Below, piece after piece: positions 47,676 through 58,485 of a DNA stretch of 64,000 nucleotides. The notes under the pieces were generated by a model. It was not told where the DNA came from, made no database searches, and was given only the letters and a program-made list of their open reading frames with translations. Origin of the DNA: a virus. Position numbers and translations under genes: made by a program. Position 1 is the stretch's first letter. Each line of letters begins with the position of its first letter. The DNA lies in the IMG/VR virus record IMGVR_UViG_3300042309_002885, positions 32,001 to 96,000 of that record; one strand, written 5' to 3'.

Positions 47676-48071
47676 GTGGAATTGCTAAATAAATATAAAC
47701 AGGAAATCGAACAAGATCTCATAATAAACGATTTCAATATTAAAGAAGTTCAACTTAAACTCGCAAGTCGTAAACATTTTTGGGCTGCGCGATTAATCGA
47801 TGAAAAAATTAAGTTAAACAGTTTACTAAAAAGAAAAAAACAACTCAAAAAGGCATTAACTGTAAAAATTATAAACGAGGCTCCTGTCAGACTTACACAA
47901 CAAACTGCAGAACAAGCAGCTGAAAACACCGATGAAATTATCAGTATTGCTGATAAAATTAAAGAGAGTGAATTTATAATAGAATATCTTGAAAAGGTAG
48001 AAAAAATTATGGTAAATTTACACTGGGATATCAAAAATATTATTGATATACAAAAAATGGAGCAATTATGA
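47676..48071 (+). CDS. uvsY: recombination mediator UvsY-like
   Basis: Helical protein directly upstream of uvsW; IEYLEKVEK......WDIKNIID..K ending. Confidence 0.75.
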   Translation: MELLNKYKQEIEQDLIINDFNIKEVQLKLASRKHFWAARLIDEKIKLNSLLKRKKQLKKALTVKIINEAPVRLTQQTAEQAAENTDEIISIADKIKESEFIIEYLEKVEKIMVNLHWDIKNIIDIQKMEQL

Positions 48072-49519
48072 TAGTTCTAGATTATTTGCCATCAAAAAAC
48101 AAGCTCATAATAAAATGTGAGAATGAAAAAACATTTTCGCTTTTACGGGAGCACTTTAGCGTGGTAGATAAAAATTCTTCTTTTAAACAAAATCGTTTCA
48201 AGAGATATGGTGTAAAGATACCATCACGAAAATACTGCATCACACCAACAGGTCAGTGCGATATAGGATTATACGAAGAACTTAATAACTATTTTATTGA
48301 AAAACAAATAGTAGAAAAAATCTCTATAACACCATTATTGCAATCAGCTTTGAATATTGGTAAACAGTGGTTATTAAATAATAATTTAAATATACAACTA
48401 CGCGACTATCAGAAAGAAGTAGTTCAAAAAGCTATAACCGCTGGCTGTGGTACGTGTGTTCTTGGAACTGGCGCTGGTAAGACTTTTGTAACAGCTGCTC
48501 TGATTGAATCATTTCATTTAAATGCATCACGTAAATCAACTTTTAAATGCTTAATGGTAGTACCGGATATAGGCCTTGTAGAACAAACCTATAACGAATT
48601 TCAAAAATCCGGTATTACTGCACATATTACAAAGTGGTCCGGTGCAAACACACTTGATATAAACGCAAATATAATTATATGTAATATACAAATATTGCAG
48701 TCACAGCTTGCAGAAAATAATTGGATAAAACACGTTGATCTGCTCGTTATAGATGAGTGTCATAAAATAAGACCTGACAACAAAATTAGTAAGATAATTA
48801 CCACTATTAAAACGAGACACAAATATGGTTTTACTGGAACCTTACCAGAGGATGCATACGATCGTTGGTTTATTATCGGTAAAATAGGTCCGGTTTTATA
48901 CAAAAAAAGTAGCTACGAGCTCAGGACTGAAAACTTTCTTTCAAATGTCGAGATAAAAATATTAAGGCTTAACTATAGTAATAATTTTATTCCTAAGACA
49001 GATAAGTCTGAATATAGAAGTGAGTTAAACTTCATACACAATTGTGATAAGCGCAACACCATTATACAAAGGCTTTGCCATAAACTTACAAGTAATACTC
49101 TCATTCTCGTGAATCATATTATTCATGGTGAAATTTTATTTAATAAACTCTCTCCTCTAACAGATAAACAGGTATTTTTTATACAGGGTGAAATAAATGT
49201 TGAAGAGAGAGAGCGTATTAAACAAATAATGGAAAAAGACAGTAACGTTATATGTATTGCTATTAGTGCTATTTTTTCTACAGGTGTAAATGTTACTAAT
49301 ATTCATAATATCATTTTTGCAGCTGGCGGCAAATCCTTCATACGTACAGTTCAATCCATTGGCCGGGGATTGCGCTTACATAATCAAAAAAAGCGATTAC
49401 TAATTATAGATATTTATGAAAATTTAAAATATAGTATAAGACATCAACTTAACAGGCAGAATATCTATATAACAGAAAAAATACAATATACAGAAAAAGT
49501 TATTGATATTACTCAATAA
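48068..49519 (+). CDS. uvsW: UvsW helicase
   Basis: LRDYQ, GTGAGKT, DECH, GFTGT, FSTGVN, QSIGRGLR. Confidence 0.92.
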   Translation: MIVLDYLPSKNKLIIKCENEKTFSLLREHFSVVDKNSSFKQNRFKRYGVKIPSRKYCITPTGQCDIGLYEELNNYFIEKQIVEKISITPLLQSALNIGKQWLLNNNLNIQLRDYQKEVVQKAITAGCGTCVLGTGAGKTFVTAALIESFHLNASRKSTFKCLMVVPDIGLVEQTYNEFQKSGITAHITKWSGANTLDINANIIICNIQILQSQLAENNWIKHVDLLVIDECHKIRPDNKISKIITTIKTRHKYGFTGTLPEDAYDRWFIIGKIGPVLYKKSSYELRTENFLSNVEIKILRLNYSNNFIPKTDKSEYRSELNFIHNCDKRNTIIQRLCHKLTSNTLILVNHIIHGEILFNKLSPLTDKQVFFIQGEINVEERERIKQIMEKDSNVICIAISAIFSTGVNVTNIHNIIFAAGGKSFIRTVQSIGRGLRLHNQKKRLLIIDIYENLKYSIRHQLNRQNIYITEKIQYTEKVIDITQ

Positions 49520-49535
49520 CATAATACTATACAGT

Positions 49536-49973
49536 ATGTCTAAAGAAAATTATTATGTTGATCCTCATGAATTTAAAGAATCGCTTCGTAAATATTATGA
49601 AACAGACAACCTTACAGACGATCTGGCAGAGAATATTAAAAAAATAGCCTATGGTTTGAGTTATAATAGTTCCTTTATCAATTACACATATAAAGATGAT
49701 ATGATAGGTGATTCATTAATAAAAATGTATTCAGCTCTTAAAGGTAAAAAATATAGCTTCAAAGAAGAAACGAACCCCTTTTCATATTTTACAACAATCG
49801 CATTTAATGCTTTTGTTAATAGAATAAAAAAAGAAAAAAGACATCACGAGGCAGAAAAAAATTACAGAGAAAAGGTATATGAGGATATAATGACTGATCC
49901 TAGGACATGTAATAATCTTGTTTATATTAAGCCGTCTAGTAATGAAGATGGTAGTTTTTACGATGAAAATTAA
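49536..49973 (+). CDS. gp55: late-transcription sigma factor (gp55-like)
   Basis: YYVD..EF, KIAYGLS...FINYTYKDDMIGD, NPFSYFTTIAFNAFVNRIKKEK. Confidence 0.9.
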   Translation: MSKENYYVDPHEFKESLRKYYETDNLTDDLAENIKKIAYGLSYNSSFINYTYKDDMIGDSLIKMYSALKGKKYSFKEETNPFSYFTTIAFNAFVNRIKKEKRHHEAEKNYREKVYEDIMTDPRTCNNLVYIKPSSNEDGSFYDEN

Positions 49974-51009
49974 TAACGATAGAGTAGGTGTTATTTCCGA
50001 CCTTCATTTAGGTGTACATTCAAACAGCCCCAATTGGCATGATATTGCTTTAAAGTGGGCGAAGTGGCAGTGTAGAGAGTTCAATAAACACAATATAGCA
50101 GATGTTATATTTTGTGGCGACTGGCACCACAATAGAAATGAAATATCTGTTAGTACCTTACAAATATCGGCTGATATTTTAGACATTTTTAGTGAATTCA
50201 ATATTTTTATTGTAGTGGGTAATCATGATATTTTTTATAAACATCGCGTTGATGTAAATTCTCTATCTATTTTTAAAAACAGGCAAAATGTACATATAAT
50301 TGATACTGTACAAACACTAACCTATAATAACAAAAATATTACCTTATGTCCATGGAATACCCAGATTGATGATATACCTCAAAGCGATGTAATATTCGGG
50401 CACTTTGAAATCGAGACATTTAAAATGAACGCATTCAGGGTATGCGATCACGGTCTAAAAGTTAGTTCGCTTCTACGCAAAAGTCCGCTAATTGTTTCAG
50501 GCCACTTTCATACAAGACATGAAAAAACATATCAAGCAGGTACTATTCTATATGTAGGTAATCCATTTGAAATGGATTTCGGTGACATGGACAATGAGAA
50601 AGGATACTATATATTAGATCTTTCAACACTAGAATATGAATTTTTTATTAATGCTATCTCTCCTAAACACAAAAAAACAACACTAGACAATCTTGTAAAG
50701 CATGGTAATATTACTCAAGAAGTTAAAGACCTCTTCAAAAACAATATTGTAAAACTTAGTATCGATCGAAATATTTCACCCGAAGATCTTAATTACCTAA
50801 CAGCAAAACTCAATGCACTCGGACCTGAAGCACTACAATTAGACTACGACATAACACAACGTAAAGAAGTATCACACAACGTAGATAAAGATCTATCCGG
50901 TATCGATATGTTACAAGCAATAGAGGAATTTATTAATCTAATTGATGTTAGCAATAAAGCTAGAGTTTTAAACTACACTATTGACTTGTATAGGCGATGC
51001 TCCATATGA
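49963..51009 (+). CDS. gp47: Mre11/SbcD-like nuclease (gp47)
   Basis: SDLHLG, GDWHH, GNHD, GHFE, SGHFH, YVGNP. Confidence 0.92.
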   Translation: MKINNDRVGVISDLHLGVHSNSPNWHDIALKWAKWQCREFNKHNIADVIFCGDWHHNRNEISVSTLQISADILDIFSEFNIFIVVGNHDIFYKHRVDVNSLSIFKNRQNVHIIDTVQTLTYNNKNITLCPWNTQIDDIPQSDVIFGHFEIETFKMNAFRVCDHGLKVSSLLRKSPLIVSGHFHTRHEKTYQAGTILYVGNPFEMDFGDMDNEKGYYILDLSTLEYEFFINAISPKHKKTTLDNLVKHGNITQEVKDLFKNNIVKLSIDRNISPEDLNYLTAKLNALGPEALQLDYDITQRKEVSHNVDKDLSGIDMLQAIEEFINLIDVSNKARVLNYTIDLYRRCSI

Positions 51010-52811
51010 AAAAAGTAACATTTACAAAAATTACTATTCAAAACTTTCTCTCTATTGGCGAAGACCCAGTAATTGTTAACTTTAGAGAAGGTCTACATAT
51101 TATAACAGGCCGCAATCTTGATAAGCCAGATCGGCAAAACGCTGTTGGTAAGTCTACAGTCGCTGATGCTATATATTTTGCAATATTCGGTGAGACCTTG
51201 AGAGAACTCAAAAAAGAACTTATACTGAACAATATAACAGGAGGTAAAACAAATGTAACGCTTGAGTTTGAAGTAGACTCACCCAAAGGTAGAAATAAGT
51301 TCATTATTCAACGTACTCTAAACCCAACCAAAGCCTCTATCTTTAAGGACGGTGTAGATAAAACAAGAGACAGCATCGCAAACACTACAAAATATATATG
51401 TGAAGTACTAAGTGCGACGCCAGCAATGTTTCAAAATTGCGTTATTATGACTGTAAACAGCGCAACACCATTTATGGCAAAAAGTAAAGTGGATAAACGA
51501 AAGTTTATCGAAGATATATTTGGTATGGAGGTTTTTGGTAAGATGCTCTCCGCACTAAGACAGGAATATAATGATGTCAAACGAAACCACGAAATTCAAA
51601 TAACAAAACTTGAAGAAGTAGACCGTAATATTCTTAATCTCAAAGATCAGAAAGATAAGGCTTTAGCGCGCCGTGAAGAAAAAAAGAAGCTCTATCAAGA
51701 GAGGTATGAATCAAATAGCTGCGAAGTGCAAGAATTAACTATTAAACTTGATAATATGAGTGAGTTAGAGAGCATAGAAAGTGTTAGAGCAGAAATTGCT
51801 AAATATGAGACTCATATTGTTGATTGTGATGATAAAATTAACACACTAATTGAATCAAGCGGTAATACAAAAACGGAACTTTTATTTAAAAAGGAACAAT
51901 ACAAAAAAATAGGTACGGGTGAGGATAAGTGTCCTGTTTGCTTGCGCAAAATTCACGAACATGACCGTGAGGTTTTTGATGCAGAAAAAAATAAACTTAA
52001 AGAGACAATCCACAACTTAGCAGATAGTGTTCAAGACTTAGCCAATAAAACACTTAAAATAAAAAGTGTTAAAGAAAAAGTAAAGCAAGCCATTAGTATA
52101 AAGACAAGTCAGTTAAATGATTTAAATATTAAACAACGTGACAAAAAAAATATTAATGAAAGAATTATTCAATTAAATAAATGGCAAGATGAGCTCGTTA
52201 TAGATCTTGACTCTATTAATTTTGAAACAACGGAGTATGATGAACTAATTAACGAAACAACACAACGATATAATAACCTACAAAAGGAAACAGAAAATAT
52301 ATCGGAAGAACTTGACAAAATGAATGTAGTAAAATACATCGTAAGTGAAGAAGGTATTAAATCATTTATTGTCAATAAACTTCTTGAACTTTTAAACAAT
52401 AGACTGTATTACTATTTACGAAAGCTAGACTCTAATTCTATATGCACATTTGATGAATATTTCGAAGAGCAAATTGTTAACGAAAAAAACAAAATATGCT
52501 CCTATTTTAACTTTTCGGGTGCTGAGCGTAAATCAATTGATTTAGCGTGTCTGTTTACCTTTTCGGATTTGAGAAGAATGCAGGGTGGTGTAAGTTATAA
52601 CATAGCTATATATGATGAGCTTTTCGATTCATCGTTTGACGAAAAGGGCATAGAGCTAATTACAGAAATCCTACACGAGCGTGTTACAACACTTAACGAA
52701 TGCTCGATAGTCATAACTCATAGAAAAGAATCGCATAAGGCTATAACTGGAGATGTTATTTTCCTCGAAAAGGAAAACGGCATAACACGCCAGGTTGATT
52801 ATATTGAATAA
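51006..52811 (+). CDS. gp46: Rad50/SbcC-like ATPase (gp46)
   Basis: NFLSIG, NAVGKST, CPVC zinc hook, FSGAE, YDELFD, ITH. Confidence 0.95.
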   Translation: MKKVTFTKITIQNFLSIGEDPVIVNFREGLHIITGRNLDKPDRQNAVGKSTVADAIYFAIFGETLRELKKELILNNITGGKTNVTLEFEVDSPKGRNKFIIQRTLNPTKASIFKDGVDKTRDSIANTTKYICEVLSATPAMFQNCVIMTVNSATPFMAKSKVDKRKFIEDIFGMEVFGKMLSALRQEYNDVKRNHEIQITKLEEVDRNILNLKDQKDKALARREEKKKLYQERYESNSCEVQELTIKLDNMSELESIESVRAEIAKYETHIVDCDDKINTLIESSGNTKTELLFKKEQYKKIGTGEDKCPVCLRKIHEHDREVFDAEKNKLKETIHNLADSVQDLANKTLKIKSVKEKVKQAISIKTSQLNDLNIKQRDKKNINERIIQLNKWQDELVIDLDSINFETTEYDELINETTQRYNNLQKETENISEELDKMNVVKYIVSEEGIKSFIVNKLLELLNNRLYYYLRKLDSNSICTFDEYFEEQIVNEKNKICSYFNFSGAERKSIDLACLFTFSDLRRMQGGVSYNIAIYDELFDSSFDEKGIELITEILHERVTTLNECSIVITHRKESHKAITGDVIFLEKENGITRQVDYIE

Positions 52812-52834
52812 TTAGATATATATAAAATAATCTT

Positions 52835-54046
52835 ATGATTGTCTCTCCTTTCGCAAATCCATTTCCTGCACCTATTCCTGAATTTTTACCTACACCAACC
52901 ATAAATCAGGTACACACACCAGAGCAACCTAGAGAGTTATCACTTCCAAGATATATAAACTATTTAGCTGATTATTCTGGATGCGGATTTTGGAGAATAA
53001 TATGGCCTGAAATGCATATAAATTCTTCGGGACTGGGTTGCTCGACATCATTAACAGCAATGGTATTTGATCCGAGATGGTATACTGGAGTTAAGTGCGT
53101 TAAAGTTCAGCGACAGGCTTCCTCTGATCAGAGGGAGTTTATTAAACATCTTAAAAATATTCAACGCGATCATAATTTTAAATTAATCTACGAAGTAGAT
53201 GATGTTGTATTTAGAGAAGAAATACCCGATTATAATAAATTCAAGTTTGCATTTGATAACGATGAGATTCGAAATAATTGTATAGAAATTATGAACATGT
53301 GTGACGAAATAACCGTTACATGTGACTATATGCGCAAACTATATCAGGAAAAGACAGGTAAAAGAGAGGTTACTGTTATACCTAACTTTGTTCCATATAG
53401 CTGGATGGGTCATCTATACAACAAGAATCAAATTTACTCGAACTATGATAAACACAAGCGCAAACCGCGTATTTTATATACAGGGTCAGGTGCTCACTAT
53501 GATGTAGATAATAAAAATAACGGTATAGATGATTTCTCTCACGTACTTGAAGCAGTTATACAAACAATTGATGTATATCAGTGGGTATTCGTCGGTTCGT
53601 TTCCTCCTAGATTGGCGGAGTATGTTAAAAATAAGAAGATAGAATTTCACCCCTGGCAGACGATATCAGATTACCCCAAATTTATTACCGGTCTAAATGC
53701 CCAGGCAATGGTTGCGCCTCTCTTTAATAACAATTTTAATAAATCAAAATCAGATATTAAATATATTGAAGCTTGTGTACTAGGGCTCCCGTGTCTTGTA
53801 CAGGATATGGAGACGTACCAAGACGCACCTTCATTCTTAAAATTCACAACAGGTGAGGATCTCAAAAACAAGCTCGGGGAGATATGTAAAAACAAATCAC
53901 AATACTATCGTAATGTGGAAAAATATAGAGAAATTGGCTCTCGTAGATTTTTAGAATTGCCTGAAAATATAGGGTGTCATATAGAAGCTCTCAATACACC
54001 ATATGGTTCTCCTAATAGGAAGTATCTTAAAAGATGGAACCCTTGA
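52835..54046 (+). CDS. GT-B glycosyltransferase inside the replication module
   Basis: DYSGCGFWR..WP, YEVDD, VTCDY, VIPN, ILYTGS, APL..N.FN.SKSDIK.IE...LGLP. Confidence 0.8.
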   Translation: MIVSPFANPFPAPIPEFLPTPTINQVHTPEQPRELSLPRYINYLADYSGCGFWRIIWPEMHINSSGLGCSTSLTAMVFDPRWYTGVKCVKVQRQASSDQREFIKHLKNIQRDHNFKLIYEVDDVVFREEIPDYNKFKFAFDNDEIRNNCIEIMNMCDEITVTCDYMRKLYQEKTGKREVTVIPNFVPYSWMGHLYNKNQIYSNYDKHKRKPRILYTGSGAHYDVDNKNNGIDDFSHVLEAVIQTIDVYQWVFVGSFPPRLAEYVKNKKIEFHPWQTISDYPKFITGLNAQAMVAPLFNNNFNKSKSDIKYIEACVLGLPCLVQDMETYQDAPSFLKFTTGEDLKNKLGEICKNKSQYYRNVEKYREIGSRRFLELPENIGCHIEALNTPYGSPNRKYLKRWNP

Positions 54047-54071
54047 TATAGCTTAGTAGCTATATTATAAT
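54043..54071 (+). promoter_or_regulatory. sigma70-like promoter of gp43
   Basis: TTGATA-N17-TATAAT-N6-ATG. Confidence 0.75.
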
Positions 54072-54077
54072 ATGTAT

Positions 54078-56645
54078 ATGTCATATCGTAATTGCGTATA
54101 CAATAGCCGTACACAATCTGTATGTTTGTTTACTTGGGATAATGATGGCAAGAGAGTTAAATATGATGTTAGTGTACTCCCATATCTTTATACTGAGGAT
54201 AATAGCGGCGATAAAAAGACTATATATGGCACGAAAGCAAAAAAAAGGGTGTTTAATAACACCTACGAGCGAAATAAATTTATACAAACCTCCGGCACAA
54301 GGCGACTTTACGAAAATATACCAGCTGTGCAGCAATATTTACTCGATACTTTTTGGAGAGAGAACGAAGATGTTAAATTTATTAAAAATGAGCTCAAGGT
54401 AACCTTTTTAGATATTGAGACCTATTCTGTTGATTCGTTTCCAGATATTAATAACCCCGAGCATACCGTAAACGTAATAACATGCTATGATAATTTCTCT
54501 AAAAAGTTTCATACATTTGGGTTAAAGGATTATACTACTAGTAAGGAAAATGTTATATATTATCGCTGCAAGAACGAACGCGATTTATTCATCAAATTTA
54601 TTGATTATATTGAAAAGGATTACCCTGATGTTCTTTCTGGCTGGAACTCAGAGTTTTTTGATATACCGTATATTATAAACAGATGTGAACGCTTACTCGG
54701 TGATGAGTATGTCAAGCGTCTATCGCCTCTCGGTAATGTTTACTATCGCGAGGTAATTGGTAAATTCGGCAAGCAGCAAAAACGATATTACATTGATGGT
54801 ATAGCGTGTATTGACTACTTGGACATTTATAGACGATTTTGCTTAAAGTTACGTGAATCGTATAAACTCGACGCTATAGGCGAGATTGAGCTTGGTGAAA
54901 GAAAGATAGATTATGGAGATATGAATCTATCGTCTCTAGCAGATACTGATTGGAGCCTATTTGTTGATTACAACATACAAGACGTAAACCTTATTGTAAA
55001 ATTAGAAGAGAAGTTGCAATATGTTGCGCTATTGCGAATGCTTTCATATGTAGGTCTAACTACTCTCGAGGGCGCAATGGGAACCATCTCCGTAATTAAC
55101 GGTGCGCTAGTTATACGAGCAAGAAAACGTAATGAGCTTATGTCTACGTTTGTTCGAACAGCGACTGATGGCAAAAACCCTGGAGCGTATGTCGCGGAAC
55201 CGAAATCAGGCTTTAAGACAAATATTGTCTCGTTTGATGCAAACTCCCTCTATCCGAATGTAATGATCTCGCTTAACCTATCCCCTGAAACAAAGATAGG
55301 GCGCGTGGAGCGTACACACACTGGTAATGTTAACATTTACCATACAAGCGGTAAATGTATAGAGCTTACACCAGAAAAATTTAATAATTTTATTACAAGT
55401 GAAGAATGCTCTGTTACTAAAGCAGGGTTTTTATTCTCACAAAAAAAGAAAGGTATAATACCCGAGTTTCTTGATTACTACTACAACGAGCGAGTTAAGG
55501 TTCGTGAGACCCTTTTTAATCTTAAAAAAGCAATCCTAGCTATATCAAAGGATAGCGCAGAATATACAGAACTAAAGTATGAAATAGAACGGTTAAATAC
55601 TAAGCAGATGGTAATCAAGATTCTTATCAATTCTGCTTATGGTTATATGGGCAACAAACAAGCACCCATTGGTGATGATGATATTGCCTCATCTGTCACC
55701 CTTACAGGTCAGGCTATTATTAAGCAAGCAGGTAGCTTGTTGCAGAAATATTTAAGTGAAAACTTCAATATTACTGATACCGTCACACTTGATGATAGCT
55801 GGGTGTACTCTGATACCGATAGTTGCTACTTTTCGCTAGGCTGTATATCCGATGTACTACCTATTAAGACAGGTGACAACATTTCAGATAAGTTTTATAA
55901 TGAGGTGGAGCAGATTGAGAAATTTCTCAACACCGAGATTGCTATTTGGGCAAAAAAACAACTTAGGACAAAAGATAGTAGATTTGTATTTAAGCGAGAG
56001 TGTATAGCAGATGTAGGGCTGTTTTTACAAAAAAAACGATACGTAATGCGAGTGTTAGACGATGAAGGCATAAAAACATCCAAATTTAAATACACAGGCG
56101 TAGAGGTTGTACGTACCTCCATGCCAAACGCTGTTAAGCCATATGCTAAAAAAATTATTGAAACAATGTTGCTTACACAGTCGCTTAGCGAGACAAATAA
56201 CGTTCTCAAAGAGACTTATGAAATATTTAAAACTCTATCAATCGAAGACATTGCGTTCGTAATGGGATTGAAGGGTTATGATAAATACGCGAGTAAGTGT
56301 AATGAGTTTAATATTGCAAAAGGTACACCTATTCACGTTAAAGCTGCCTATATTCATAACACTATTAATAAAAAAATAGGCATTAATAAACAGCACGAAG
56401 ATCTAACTACAGGTGATAAAATTAGATTCGTATATGTACAACAACCTAACAAATATAGAGTTGAAGTTGTTGGGTTTAAGTACAACATGCCAAACGAGTA
56501 TAATGATTTATTTAAAGTTGATTATGAAAAAATGTTTGAAAAGATATTGTTCAATTCTATTGAGCGGTTTTATGAAAAGGTGAACTGGCAAATACGTAAA
56601 CCCACCGAAAGTGTGCAAACGGAACTCTTTGATCTATTTAGTTGA
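54078..56645 (+). CDS. gp43: family B DNA polymerase (gp43)
   Basis: DIET, GWNS.FFD, SYKLD, SFDANSLYP, KILINSAYG, YSDTDS, KKRY; ATG 54078 lies 6 nt after TATAAT. Confidence 0.97.
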   Translation: MSYRNCVYNSRTQSVCLFTWDNDGKRVKYDVSVLPYLYTEDNSGDKKTIYGTKAKKRVFNNTYERNKFIQTSGTRRLYENIPAVQQYLLDTFWRENEDVKFIKNELKVTFLDIETYSVDSFPDINNPEHTVNVITCYDNFSKKFHTFGLKDYTTSKENVIYYRCKNERDLFIKFIDYIEKDYPDVLSGWNSEFFDIPYIINRCERLLGDEYVKRLSPLGNVYYREVIGKFGKQQKRYYIDGIACIDYLDIYRRFCLKLRESYKLDAIGEIELGERKIDYGDMNLSSLADTDWSLFVDYNIQDVNLIVKLEEKLQYVALLRMLSYVGLTTLEGAMGTISVINGALVIRARKRNELMSTFVRTATDGKNPGAYVAEPKSGFKTNIVSFDANSLYPNVMISLNLSPETKIGRVERTHTGNVNIYHTSGKCIELTPEKFNNFITSEECSVTKAGFLFSQKKKGIIPEFLDYYYNERVKVRETLFNLKKAILAISKDSAEYTELKYEIERLNTKQMVIKILINSAYGYMGNKQAPIGDDDIASSVTLTGQAIIKQAGSLLQKYLSENFNITDTVTLDDSWVYSDTDSCYFSLGCISDVLPIKTGDNISDKFYNEVEQIEKFLNTEIAIWAKKQLRTKDSRFVFKRECIADVGLFLQKKRYVMRVLDDEGIKTSKFKYTGVEVVRTSMPNAVKPYAKKIIETMLLTQSLSETNNVLKETYEIFKTLSIEDIAFVMGLKGYDKYASKCNEFNIAKGTPIHVKAAYIHNTINKKIGINKQHEDLTTGDKIRFVYVQQPNKYRVEVVGFKYNMPNEYNDLFKVDYEKMFEKILFNSIERFYEKVNWQIRKPTESVQTELFDLFS

Positions 56646-56674
56646 TTTTTACAAACCATTAGCATATATACTAC

Positions 56675-56908
56675 ATGCAAATGGAATACTTAGATAAGCC
56701 AGCCCTTGATAACACGCCTAAAGCACATCCCGCGTATTGGCGTGGTAAGGCTGCAGGTATTTCCGAGACACTAAAAATCGTATCAGATATAATGATGGGA
56801 AAAGATAACGGATCAGGATACAATAATAATAAAGATATTGAACTCATGAGACAGTCTCTTTTAGTTTGGCGTGACGAGTTAGATAAAATTACCCAATCTA
56901 AAAAATAA
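56675..56908 (+). CDS. hypothetical protein
   Basis: ORF after gp43 with its own TTGATT-N17-TATATA. Confidence 0.6.
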   Translation: MQMEYLDKPALDNTPKAHPAYWRGKAAGISETLKIVSDIMMGKDNGSGYNNNKDIELMRQSLLVWRDELDKITQSKK

Positions 56909-56944
56909 TAATTGACATTTTAAATATCTTTTATATATATTTAT

Positions 56945-57292
56945 ATGCAAGAAAAAATAGTAACAATTATTGATCATATCGGTCGTACCGTCGTAGGAGC
57001 AGAAATCGCTAATAGCGATACACATCTGACTCTTAACAACCCTGTAATAATACACGTACAGCCTAACCAGCAAACAGGTCAAATTCAGGTGCAATCCTTT
57101 CCTTATATCTTTATGGAATTTTTAAATAAAGAATCGCGAGCATCTAACCACTGGACGTTCAATAAACAAAATATAGTAGTGTCAACTGTAACCTTGGATG
57201 AAAAAATTATCGCGCAATACAATGCAATTAACACTCCTCCAGCTCAGCCAGCGGTAGAAACGGATCCAGAAGTAATAAGACTCTTTGATTGA
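56945..57292 (+). CDS. hypothetical small beta-barrel-like protein
   Basis: Strong TTGACA promoter upstream and terminator downstream. Confidence 0.7.
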   Translation: MQEKIVTIIDHIGRTVVGAEIANSDTHLTLNNPVIIHVQPNQQTGQIQVQSFPYIFMEFLNKESRASNHWTFNKQNIVVSTVTLDEKIIAQYNAINTPPAQPAVETDPEVIRLFD

Positions 57293-57305
57293 TAGTTGCA
57301 AACTT

Positions 57306-57343
57306 AAAAAAGCCTATACCGTGCCGCGGTATAGGCTTTTTTT
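57306..57343. terminator. bidirectional rho-independent terminator
   Basis: A6-GCCTATACCG-TGCCG-CGGTATAGGC-T7. Confidence 0.9.
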
Positions 57344-57356
57344 ATATGCATTTACC

Positions 57357-57384
57357 TTGATTAATTACTAATATATTTCATAAT
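57357..57384 (+). promoter_or_regulatory. sigma70-like promoter of uvsX
   Basis: TTGATT-N16-CATAAT-N6-ATG. Confidence 0.65.
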
Positions 57385-57390
57385 CAACCT

Positions 57391-58485
57391 ATGGATAAAG
57401 ATGTTCTAAGTGCTTTAAATGAAATTGATGATGTAAATCCTTTCGCTACTTATTTGAGTGATAGTACGCTTAGCCGCGTTGGAGGATGGGTAGATACAGG
57501 TAGCTATGTTCTCAATGCTATTATCTCAGGTTCTATTCACGGTGGTATTCCAAAGGGTCGAGTTACTATGCTTGCCGGTGAATCCATGACAGGTAAATCA
57601 TTATTTGTACAAAAGATTCTCGCTAAGGCTCAACAAGAAGGTCTTATACCAGTAATTTTTGATACTGAAAACGCTATTGATCCTGAAGGAGCTCAACGAC
57701 TAGGTCTTGATATTAGTAAGGTAAAGTATGTGCCGTGTATCAGTATCGAACAAACGCGTAACGCTCTCTTTAAATTTCTTACATCTGTTAAAGAAAAGAA
57801 ACTTGAGGGTAAGTTCATTGTTGCAATCGACTCTTTAGGCAACCTTCAATCAGAGCTCGAGCTAGCTCGCATGGGAAAGGATAGTACCTCTGCAGATATG
57901 GGTACTAAAGCACGTGCAATGAAGTCACTAATGCAGACTTGTACCAATCTAGGTGCTGTAACTCAGACTACTATTCTTTGCACTAACCATGTTTATGACG
58001 ATCCCTCTGCTATGTTTCCATCAATTGAAAAACATATGCCAGGTGGTAAGGCATGTGTATATCTTCCATCAGTAACAGTTCAACTTGCACGTAAGCCGAT
58101 GAAATCTGATGATGGTAAAACAACAGACGGTGAATTAGCTGTCGGTCAAAAATCTTATGCAGGTATTATTATTAGAGCTCTTACGCGTAAAAATAGATTT
58201 ATTAAACAGTATCTCGAAGGCGAGATGTACCTATCCTTTGCTAACGGACTGGATAGGTATTATGGCTTGCTCGATCTTGCGGTCGGTCTTGGTGTAGTTA
58301 TTCAGAACGGATCGACATACGCTCTTGAAGATGGAACTAAGCTAGGGTATTATCGCAACTTTAGAAAGGACACCAAATTATGGGAAGAAATCATACTTCC
58401 CAAACTAGATGCGCGTATCAAAAAAGAGTGGTCCTACAGCAATCTCGAAGAAGAGACACCAGAAGAAATAAACGATGAAGCGTAA
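57391..58485 (+). CDS. uvsX: UvsX/RecA-like recombinase
   Basis: DTGSYVLN, AGESMTGKS, FDTENA, IDSLG, NHVY, PGG, GLDRYYGL. Confidence 0.93.
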   Translation: MDKDVLSALNEIDDVNPFATYLSDSTLSRVGGWVDTGSYVLNAIISGSIHGGIPKGRVTMLAGESMTGKSLFVQKILAKAQQEGLIPVIFDTENAIDPEGAQRLGLDISKVKYVPCISIEQTRNALFKFLTSVKEKKLEGKFIVAIDSLGNLQSELELARMGKDSTSADMGTKARAMKSLMQTCTNLGAVTQTTILCTNHVYDDPSAMFPSIEKHMPGGKACVYLPSVTVQLARKPMKSDDGKTTDGELAVGQKSYAGIIIRALTRKNRFIKQYLEGEMYLSFANGLDRYYGLLDLAVGLGVVIQNGSTYALEDGTKLGYYRNFRKDTKLWEEIILPKLDARIKKEWSYSNLEEETPEEINDEA

